Shown piece by piece: positions 39,217 through 46,936 of a stretch of DNA of 64,000 nucleotides. Position 1 is the stretch's first letter, and every line of letters begins with the position of its first letter. A model generated the notes under the pieces. It was given only the letters and a program-made list of their open reading frames with translations. It was not told the origin of the DNA and made no database searches. Source of the DNA: Candidatus Altiarchaeota archaeon (GTDB lineage Archaea; Altiarchaeota; Altiarchaeia; IMC4; SCGC-AAA252-I15); assembly GCA_043800255.1 (NCBI GenBank), contig JAZDNF010000009.1:160001-224000 (forward strand), read 5' to 3'. Both the position numbers and the translations under genes were made by a program.

Positions 39217-39509
39217 TGTTAAATTTCTCCGAGGCTTTGAAGCCTTAGACAGCGCGACATCAGGCCGCCACTCTTGTTCCCGTTGTACATTTGTTTGTTC
39301 TGGTGCAACCTAGCCTTTTGGTAGGGGGATCGGCTTTCAGGACATACCATCAAGCCCTAGATATAGCCCAGATATACTGTTGGCCCCCGTTCTTGGTTGT
39401 CTGTTGGTGGTTTCGATCGGGGCGATTACATAGTGATTGTTCAGTATTTTGAGCTTTTAGAGCGTATAATTCGTGCTGTCTAAACCTCTTGGGGGATTTG
39501 AACACTTTG

Positions 39510-39935
39510 TTAGCGTTTTTTGATGAATTCCTGCGGGGTTAATATCCGTATGCCTTTGTGTTCTTTGAGTTTTAACAGGTGCTGGTCGCCTGTGATTATA
39601 TAGTCTGCTTTTGCTTCGATCGCGCATTCAAGTATTCTGTTGTCTGCTGGATCCTCTCGGATTACTTCAAGTTTATGTCGTGGAGTAATCTTGACTGATA
39701 GCTCTTCGACTAATGCGATGAATCTTTTTCGTTCTGGTTCAGGGACCCTATCAGCTATCTTCTTGCGACATGTAACTCTTGTATATTCCCCTAGGATATC
39801 ATCCGATATATAGTTGATGATAATCCCTTCCGCAACGTTTTTAAGGATTCCTGATAGTTCACTACTTGGGTTGATTAGTGTTGATATAAGGATATTCGTG
39901 TCAAGTACGACCCTAATGGCCTTTGCGATAGGCAT
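39510..39935 (-). CDS. PIN-family toxin (VapC-like)
   Basis: VVLDTNILIS, DPADNRILECA and ITGDQHLL. Confidence 0.92.
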   Translation of the reverse strand: MPIAKAIRVVLDTNILISTLINPSSELSGILKNVAEGIIINYISDDILGEYTRVTCRKKIADRVPEPERKRFIALVEELSVKITPRHKLEVIREDPADNRILECAIEAKADYIITGDQHLLKLKEHKGIRILTPQEFIKKR

Positions 39936-40188
39936 TTATCTCCTCCTCTATCTCCTTAGATGTTAGGCCTCCTGTTCTCCGTAATATCCTTTGTCGTATC
40001 CCAAGTAACTCGGATACCACCTTCTGTCTGTCGACCTTCTTTAGGATTATTGTCTCATCATCCACCGCGCCGACCATGAATAATGCGTCCTTTCCGACCT
40101 TCAGCCTATCTCTGATGGTTTGGGGGATGACTATCTGACCCCGGGTGGACATCTTGGCAGGCTCTACAGTGATATTCCCATAAGCCAT
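39913..40188 (-). CDS. AbrB/MazE-family antitoxin
   Basis: KMSTRGQIVIPQTIR; overlaps the toxin start. Confidence 0.9.
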   Translation of the reverse strand: MAYGNITVEPAKMSTRGQIVIPQTIRDRLKVGKDALFMVGAVDDETIILKKVDRQKVVSELLGIRQRILRRTGGLTSKEIEEEINAYRKGH

Positions 40189-40203
40189 GTTATCACCTCA
40201 TAT

Positions 40204-40224
40204 CTTACTAGTAAGTATTACTTA
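40204..40224. promoter_or_regulatory. Overlapping palindromes upstream of the antitoxin (probable autoregulatory operator)
   Basis: CTTACTAGTAAG and TAAGTA-T-TACTTA. Confidence 0.55.
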
Positions 40225-40490
40225 ATAAATGCGTAACATACCCTCTAGAAGACTTCGAAGAACGACATTACGGTCCCCCGCCTAATCCAAACAGATACTT
40301 CTAGTCCCGACCGGCGCTCTAACAGCGATTCTGCCTTTGGTCTAAACAGTTAGTGGTATGCTTATGATGTTCCAGCCGAGGGCGAACTGTATCTGCACAT
40401 TGAGTAGTTGTATCTGCCCGCCTACGGTGTACGTTGAGAAGTGACTGATGTTCGCCCATATAAGCAATTTGAAGAAATACTATTACGATC

Positions 40491-40982
40491 ATGGTTGAGG
40501 TAAAACTGCGGGACGGTTCTAGGGTGAGGTTGAGGCCCATCAGAAAGGATGACGTTGGGGGGATGGTAGACCTCTTCCACAGGTTCAGCGAGGAGACCAT
40601 ACAGCAGAGGTTCTTCGAGAGCATCGAGGACATGACAGAGGAGAAAGCCCAGTATTATGTGAACGTTGACTACAAGGACACGTATGCGCTGGTCGCGGAA
40701 CTGCCGAGGAAGAAGCAGCTGATTGGAGTCGCCCGCTACATGGGCTCAGACGGCGAGGCCGAGTTTGCCATAGTAATAGCTGACGAGTGGCAGAACAGAG
40801 GCCTTGGGACGATAATGTTCAAACACCTTATCAGGATTGCAAGAGAGAACGGGCTGAAAAAGCTCATAGGGATAGTCTACAAGAGCAACCCGAGGATGAT
40901 ACACATCATAGAAAAGACTGGATTGCATTTGACAGTCTCGGAGGCCGACCGGGATGCGCTGGAGTTCGAGCTGCGACTGTAG
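40491..40982 (+). CDS. GNAT acetyltransferase (Pat-like)
   Basis: LRDGSRVRLRPI, IGVARY and AEFAIVIADEWQNRGLGT. Confidence 0.9.
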   Translation: MVEVKLRDGSRVRLRPIRKDDVGGMVDLFHRFSEETIQQRFFESIEDMTEEKAQYYVNVDYKDTYALVAELPRKKQLIGVARYMGSDGEAEFAIVIADEWQNRGLGTIMFKHLIRIARENGLKKLIGIVYKSNPRMIHIIEKTGLHLTVSEADRDALEFELRL

Positions 40983-40988
40983 CTGACT

Positions 40989-43238
40989 CTAGTACCCCTC
41001 CAGTTCGAAGGTTTCCAGCTGCAGCGAGTCCACGTGGATGTGAGTCACCATTATAATCTGCCAGTCAGCGCCCATCTTGTTCAACGCCTCGCCCAGGACT
41101 TCCCTGTGGTCCTGGTCTAATGACCCGAAGGGCTCGTCGAGTATCAGAAGCCGGACAGGTGAGAGCATCTCTATCAGGGCTATCCTGAAGGCCACAGCCA
41201 GCTGCACCTTCTCCCCCCCGGATAGCTGGTCGAGCGATAGTGTGCCTGTTGTAGAGTTCAACCGTAGGTTATAGTCCTTGTCGAATTCAACGTCCCGGTA
41301 CGCTGGATTCTGGTTTATCCTCTTGAAGAAGTAGGTCAGCATATCCCCCAGACTCGAAACGTACCTGTCTCTCAAGTATTTGGGCAAGCCCTTGTCGGTG
41401 TGGAAGACGTCCCTCGCCTTGACAAGAAGCTTTATCCTCCTGCCAACCCTGTCCCTGTCCTCCAGAACCTGCAGGTAGTCCGCTATCCTGTTCTCGAGTT
41501 CGTCGACCTTCCCCTTAGTCTCCCTCATCTGGTACTCCGTCTGGGTCAGCTCAGATTTTATGTTGGATTTTTCCTCTATAAGGGAGTCCTTCTCCCCCGA
41601 AAGGCCGATGAACTCCGAATCATCATAGCTTAATGCCGCAATCTTCCTGCTGATCTCCTCCTCCTCCGTCTTCAGCTTGGAAAGAATCTGCGATAGAGAG
41701 TCCCGCTTGGACAGCAGCTCCCTTTCGGCGGCGACCTCGTCCTCAAGGATGCTGATCTTGCCCTCTGCGCTCTGGAGTTTCATTATGTTCTCCTCGACCT
41801 CCCTCAGGCTCTCCTGAGCGTAGCCTTCAAGGCTGAGCCTGCCTCCCACTTCGACTGCCCTCCGCTTAAGGTCTTCCAGTTCCCGGGTCTTCTCCTTTAT
41901 GGATTTCCTCAGTTCGTTAGCCCTCGCCTCCGCATCCCTCATCCCGTCCAACTCATCCCGGAACTTTCCGACAACCTCCCGGACGCCCTTAAGCTTGGCC
42001 TTAAGGTTAGCGTGCCTGGAATCGAGTTTCCTTATGTGCAGGTCCGCAGTCTGCTTCTCGGAGAATATGTGAACCTCGGATATCTTCTGACCGCACCGCG
42101 GGCATTTGGTCGCCTCAGTAAGCTCGTCCAGGCTCTGGCGGTAGCTCTTCTGCTGTTCGAGCTCGTGAGAGCATCTGGTGACGTCAGCCTGCAGGTTCTC
42201 CAGGATAACGCTGTTTGCGTCGAATTCCTTCCTCAGGTCTTCCTCTCTGGCAAGGACATAATTTATCTTCTCAAGCTCATCTTTCATGGAATCGATGCTG
42301 CCAATATCTTCCATGCGCTCTCCCAGCCTCGAAAGCTCGCCCAAAAGCTCCCTGAAACCCAGATACTTCTTGAGCGAGGACGCCTCGCCCCTGAGGCGTG
42401 CGAGCTCGCTCTTTTTCGAACCGACTGCTGCAAGCTCCCTCTCAACGGACTCGGCATCCTTCTTAAACCCGGCCTTGGAAACGTCAAACCTCGCTGACCT
42501 CTCCTTCAGCGACTCCAACTCCCTCTTCAGATTGGCAAACTCGTCAAGCCTCTCCTGCTTTCTTGCCAGCTTTTCGGAGATTGACTCAAGCTTCGCGTTC
42601 AGATTTGTTAAGTCGTTGCCGAGCTCCGCTATAAGCGACTTTAAGTTGGTAATCTCAACCGTGTACTCCTGCTGCAAATTCTCAGGATACTTTGCAAGCT
42701 GCTCGTCGAAGACGGTAAACCTCGCCTTCTCCTCCTTTATCTTCTCACCAGCAGACTGCCACACTCTCTCGAACCTGTCCAGCCCGAAGAGGGAGTCGAG
42801 CTCCTGCTTCCCGCCCTTCTGCTTCAGCCTGTCGACTATGGAAGTCAGCCCCCCCTGGGGGATGTAGAGGAGCCTGTCAAGGACGTTCTCGCTGAGCATG
42901 CTGTCAAGCGCCTCCGAGACGCTTGAGGGGTTGTCAGCCACAACATTATCGTCGCAGGACAGCTGGGCCCTGGAGGACTTGTCAACGCTCAGGCTCTTGT
43001 CGATCAGGTAATTTTTACCGTCCTTGGCGAATTCCAGCAGAACCCTGCTCTCCCTCGTACCGTTCTTTACCTTGCCCTTGTATCCGAGAGCGCTTGAGGC
43101 GAACGCGAACCTGATGGCCTCCAGTATGCTGCTCTTGCCCGCACCGTTCCTGCCCTCTATCTGAAGGCTCCGGGTCAGGTCTATTTCAAGCCTGCTGTGG
43201 CAAGCCCAGTTCGTTATCGTAAGCCTCCTCAGGCGCAT
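40989..43238 (-). CDS. Rad50/SbcC-like SMC ATPase with zinc hook
   Basis: GRNGAGKS, YIPQG, coiled coils, CPRC hook, LSGGE, ILDEP and VTH. Confidence 0.9.
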   Translation of the reverse strand: MRLRRLTITNWACHSRLEIDLTRSLQIEGRNGAGKSSILEAIRFAFASSALGYKGKVKNGTRESRVLLEFAKDGKNYLIDKSLSVDKSSRAQLSCDDNVVADNPSSVSEALDSMLSENVLDRLLYIPQGGLTSIVDRLKQKGGKQELDSLFGLDRFERVWQSAGEKIKEEKARFTVFDEQLAKYPENLQQEYTVEITNLKSLIAELGNDLTNLNAKLESISEKLARKQERLDEFANLKRELESLKERSARFDVSKAGFKKDAESVERELAAVGSKKSELARLRGEASSLKKYLGFRELLGELSRLGERMEDIGSIDSMKDELEKINYVLAREEDLRKEFDANSVILENLQADVTRCSHELEQQKSYRQSLDELTEATKCPRCGQKISEVHIFSEKQTADLHIRKLDSRHANLKAKLKGVREVVGKFRDELDGMRDAEARANELRKSIKEKTRELEDLKRRAVEVGGRLSLEGYAQESLREVEENIMKLQSAEGKISILEDEVAAERELLSKRDSLSQILSKLKTEEEEISRKIAALSYDDSEFIGLSGEKDSLIEEKSNIKSELTQTEYQMRETKGKVDELENRIADYLQVLEDRDRVGRRIKLLVKARDVFHTDKGLPKYLRDRYVSSLGDMLTYFFKRINQNPAYRDVEFDKDYNLRLNSTTGTLSLDQLSGGEKVQLAVAFRIALIEMLSPVRLLILDEPFGSLDQDHREVLGEALNKMGADWQIIMVTHIHVDSLQLETFELEGY

Positions 43239-43356
43239 AGTCTAATAATACGATTAATGGAATAAATGGATTTTAAGCCGAACGCCAAGCCATGCAAGAC
43301 GATGTTCTGCGATCATTTCCTCGATTCTTATTAAGCGGATATGATAGTTAAATGTC

Positions 43357-44319
43357 ATGGGATACTCGGTCATAGGCTATGATGAGAAGGGTTCAAGCGA
43401 GCTGAAGAATGCGACTATAGAGGATGCGAGCAAGCTTTCCGGGAAATTCTGGATAGACTGGACGAACCCGAAGAGGGATAATCTGAAGGAACTGGAAAAA
43501 CACTTCGGATTCCACCACCTCACACTGGATGACTGCATTCACGCAGTCCAGAGGCCTAAGGTTGAAGAGTACAAGGACCATTTCTTCCTCATAGCGATAG
43601 CGGTCAACTACAGGAACAATAGCAAGGTCGAAGGCGAGCAGATCGGGTTCTTCATCGGCAAGAATTATCTGGTAACCGTACATAAGAATGAGCTACCGTT
43701 GATAGAGAACACAAAGAAGGCGTTGCTGGAAAACAACCAACTCATACTCAGCAGAGGCCCCCGCTTCCTCATGTACCGGATATTGGACACGATCGTGGAC
43801 GAGTACTTCACCGTATTAGACGACATCGAGGACGACATATCAAAAGTCGAGAACGAGATCGTAAAAAAACCGACCAAGGTCACAGTACAGAGGATATTCA
43901 AGCTGAGGAAGGACCTCCTGCTTCTCAGGAAAATCGTGTGGCCCCTGAGGGAAGTCGTAAACCTGCTGCGGAGCAGCGGCCTGCCTAACATAAGCGAGGA
44001 GACCATGCACTACTACAGGGACTTATATGACCACGTCATACAGGTCATAGACCTGATTGAGACGTACAGGGAACTCCTTATAGGCGCGTTGGACACCTAC
44101 CTGTCCTCGGTCTCGAACGCCCTCAACGAGGTCATGAAGGTGCTCACAGTCATAACCGCGCTGATACTAGTCCCGACTTGGATAGCCGCAATCTATGGCA
44201 TGAACTTCAAGTACATGCCGGAACTGCAGTGGAAGTTCGGTTATCCTTTCGCACTCCTCCTGATGCTGGCGTCGATGATAGTGATGTGGATATACTTCAG
44301 GCGCAGAGGATGGGCCTAG
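43357..44319 (+). CDS. corA: Magnesium/cobalt transporter CorA
   Basis: QRPKVE, NEVMKVLT and YGMNF.YMPEL. Confidence 0.96.
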   Translation: MGYSVIGYDEKGSSELKNATIEDASKLSGKFWIDWTNPKRDNLKELEKHFGFHHLTLDDCIHAVQRPKVEEYKDHFFLIAIAVNYRNNSKVEGEQIGFFIGKNYLVTVHKNELPLIENTKKALLENNQLILSRGPRFLMYRILDTIVDEYFTVLDDIEDDISKVENEIVKKPTKVTVQRIFKLRKDLLLLRKIVWPLREVVNLLRSSGLPNISEETMHYYRDLYDHVIQVIDLIETYRELLIGALDTYLSSVSNALNEVMKVLTVITALILVPTWIAAIYGMNFKYMPELQWKFGYPFALLLMLASMIVMWIYFRRRGWA

Positions 44320-44329
44320 GTTCTTATTC

Positions 44330-45055
44330 TTAAATCCAGAAGAATAGGATCTTCAGCAGTAGGTTGAATATTATCTTGATCCAGCCTATGTAAGGCAGTC
44401 GTATCCAGCCTCTCGCCGTCAGCTGCCTGTCGTTTACAGGATAGGATATCCCGCCCCTGAACCCGCACTGGTCCGTGCCGGGGTTATTGTCACCCTTGGT
44501 TATGTAGAAGTTAAAGTCACCGCCTTCGGGGTAATCAGGATATGCGCAGTCTCCGCCGCTCTGGCAGTCTCTCACCATGCCAACGTAGTCCCCGACGTCA
44601 TCAGGGCTGATGCAGTCCAACGTGCCGCTGACGTTGCCGACAGAGTAATCCTCTATTGAGACGACACCCACAACACGGTGTATTATAGGCTCCGTCGATG
44701 CGAACATGTTCAGATGATCAAGGTCTCTTTTATAGATTACAACATCCCCCAAGCGCGTCTCCGGGAAGACACCATACTTGCCGGGAGAGACCGTGAATAT
44801 CATGTCACCCCTTGCGAAGCCCTTCTGGAAGCGGAACGACTCCAGAGTATCGTTGCCTATGCCATGTCCTGCCAGCCAGATGCTCCACCCCTCATCCAAG
44901 TGCAGCATGCTGCCGCTCGTCACCACCACCAGAGGCACAAGGGTCTGGGAGCCGAAACCCAGTCTGAGGACGACTATTATGACGCTGATCGTCACCAGCA
45001 CCTCAAAGGTGTCCTTAACCCACAACATTACCTGCTTTTTCAGCTCATTTAGCAT
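44330..45055 (-). CDS. Archaeal signal peptidase I (S26/Sec11-like) with Cys-containing insert
   Basis: VVTSGSM, IIHRV, TKGDNN and LPYIGW; start placed at MLNELKK. Confidence 0.85.
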   Translation of the reverse strand: MLNELKKQVMLWVKDTFEVLVTISVIIVVLRLGFGSQTLVPLVVVTSGSMLHLDEGWSIWLAGHGIGNDTLESFRFQKGFARGDMIFTVSPGKYGVFPETRLGDVVIYKRDLDHLNMFASTEPIIHRVVGVVSIEDYSVGNVSGTLDCISPDDVGDYVGMVRDCQSGGDCAYPDYPEGGDFNFYITKGDNNPGTDQCGFRGGISYPVNDRQLTARGWIRLPYIGWIKIIFNLLLKILFFWI

Positions 45056-45113
45056 GTCAGCAACCAGACGATTTAAATAATTGCAAACCAATGAATATAA
45101 AATCAACATTAAC

Positions 45114-46250
45114 ATGAAATTCGATGAAATACGGAAGGCTGAGGCGAGATACTACTCAGGCGTCTTCTCAAGGTTCCCTGTGGCAGTTGAAAAAGGCAGG
45201 GGGATGTACGTATGGGATACTGACGGCAGGAAGTACCTGGACATGTTCTCAGGCATCGCCGTTAACTCGGTCGGCCACTGCCACCCCAAAGTCGTTGACG
45301 CGATAAAAAAGCAGGCTGAGACCCTGATACACGTATCGAACTGGTACTACACTGTCCCGCAGGTTCAACTGGCTGAAAAGCTTGCTAAGCTCACAGGACA
45401 GGAGAAGGTCTTCCTTACGAACGACGGGACAAGCGCCGTCGAGACTGCGATAAAGCTGGCGAGGAAGGCTAAAGGCAAGCCGGGGATAATAGCGATGGAG
45501 AACGCGTTCCACGGCAGAACCCTCGGCTCATTGAGTTTAACCTGGGGGGAGAAGTACAAAACCCCATTCAAGCCTCTCCTCGACGATGTGAAGTTCGTCC
45601 CATACAATGACGCGTCAAAAGTGGAGGAGGCGATAACGGACAAGACGGCGGCAGTCATAGTGGAGCCTATACAAGGCGAGGCCGGGGTTCTCATGCCAGA
45701 CAAAGGATACCTGAAGGAGCTGCGGCAGGTTGCTTCAGATAATGACGTGCTCCTGATTGTTGACGAGGTTCAGACCGGCTTCGGCAGGACAGGCGTCATG
45801 TTCGCCCACCAGAGGGATGGCATCAAACCAGACATACTGTGCCTATCCAAGGCGATGGGCTCAGGCCTGCCAATCGGGGCGGCAGTCTACTCAGGCTTCG
45901 ACTTCGAGCCTGGAGAGCACGGGGGCACGCTCATCGGAAACCCGGTGACCTGCGCAGCAGCGCTTGCCACGATAGATGTGATAGAGAAGGAGAAGCTGGT
46001 TGAGAACTCGAAGAAGATGGGCGATGCAATCGTCAAAAGGCTGAATGAGAACGGAGTGGACTGCAGGGGTGCTGGGCTCATGATAGGAGTCCCCGTCAAA
46101 GATGGCAGAAAGGTCGTCTCAAGCCTCATAGGGGAGAGCGTGCTGGCTGTCTACTCCAAAGATACCCTGAGGCTCCTGCCCCCCCTTATAATTAATGACG
46201 GACATGTTGACGAGTTCATGAAAGCATTTAAGAAGGTGATGGAATGGTAG
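45114..46250 (+). CDS. argD: Acetylornithine aminotransferase (class III PLP)
   Basis: GIAVNSVGHCHP, FHGRT, EPIQGEAG, DEVQTGFGRTG and KAMGSG. Confidence 0.9.
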   Translation: MKFDEIRKAEARYYSGVFSRFPVAVEKGRGMYVWDTDGRKYLDMFSGIAVNSVGHCHPKVVDAIKKQAETLIHVSNWYYTVPQVQLAEKLAKLTGQEKVFLTNDGTSAVETAIKLARKAKGKPGIIAMENAFHGRTLGSLSLTWGEKYKTPFKPLLDDVKFVPYNDASKVEEAITDKTAAVIVEPIQGEAGVLMPDKGYLKELRQVASDNDVLLIVDEVQTGFGRTGVMFAHQRDGIKPDILCLSKAMGSGLPIGAAVYSGFDFEPGEHGGTLIGNPVTCAAALATIDVIEKEKLVENSKKMGDAIVKRLNENGVDCRGAGLMIGVPVKDGRKVVSSLIGESVLAVYSKDTLRLLPPLIINDGHVDEFMKAFKKVMEW

Positions 46251-46438
46251 ACAAGAAATTGATCTTAAGCATATACGAACTGCTCCCGCTGACGGACTGC
46301 GGACAGTGCAGCCTGAAAACGTGTAGGGAGTTCGCCGAAAAGGTCGCGCTCGGCGAAAAGAACGCATACGATTGCATTCCGATAGCGGAGGAGAATGCCG
46401 AGAAGATCATCCTCATAATGGATGACTATTTCAGGTAG
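46244..46438 (+). CDS. Small stand-alone Fe-S domain protein
   Basis: LLP.TDCGQC...TC..FA........C (FeS domain as in RnfB/AcsC). Confidence 0.8.
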   Translation: MVDKKLILSIYELLPLTDCGQCSLKTCREFAEKVALGEKNAYDCIPIAEENAEKIILIMDDYFR

Positions 46439-46931
46439 CAGGATGATACTTGGAAGAGCTGAGATTCTGAGATTGACTGAAGAGGATGGCCTGATAGAGA
46501 ACTTCGACGAGAAGTGCCTGGAGAGCGCGGGATACGACCTCAGAGTCGACAGGATATATACGCTGGACAAGGCCTCCTCGATAAAGGTTTCGGCCGTTAA
46601 TCCGCCGGAGATAACCGAGGCCGACTTCGGCCTTTACGAGCTGAAGCCTGGCCAGTACATCCTACTAGAAACCTACGAGAAGGTTAACATGCCATCAGAC
46701 ATTGTAGGCAGGATACTGCCCAGGTCAAGCGTGTTCAGGTGCGGCTGCATGCTGGCAACGGCAGTCGTAGACCCAGGCTTCCACGGCACGCTAACCCTAG
46801 GCCTCAAGAACGTGTCATCTGCAGTCTTCAAGCTGGAGAGAAAAGCGAGGGTGGCCCAGATACTATTTGAGGAAGTCCGAGGGCTGACGAAACCCTATTC
46901 AGGAAGATACCAGGGCGGAAAGGTTGTTTAA
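46422..46931 (+). CDS. dCTP deaminase / archaeal dUTPase family protein
   Basis: YDLR, PRSS, VDPGFHG, RVAQ and YSGRYQ. Confidence 0.88.
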   Translation: MTISGSRMILGRAEILRLTEEDGLIENFDEKCLESAGYDLRVDRIYTLDKASSIKVSAVNPPEITEADFGLYELKPGQYILLETYEKVNMPSDIVGRILPRSSVFRCGCMLATAVVDPGFHGTLTLGLKNVSSAVFKLERKARVAQILFEEVRGLTKPYSGRYQGGKVV

Positions 46932-46936
46932 ATTTT

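Larger units (their letters stand above)
29593..40318. mobile_element. Integrated genomic (defence) island with tyrosine integrase
   Basis: Integrase; AT-richer sequence; RM, TA and HEPN cargo; repeats AACAGATACT (29593, 40290) and CGATCGGGGCG (29618, 39414). Confidence 0.75.

Noticed and set aside
40319-40633. 104-aa minus-strand ORF
   Set aside because: It overlaps the GNAT gene antisense and has no motif.
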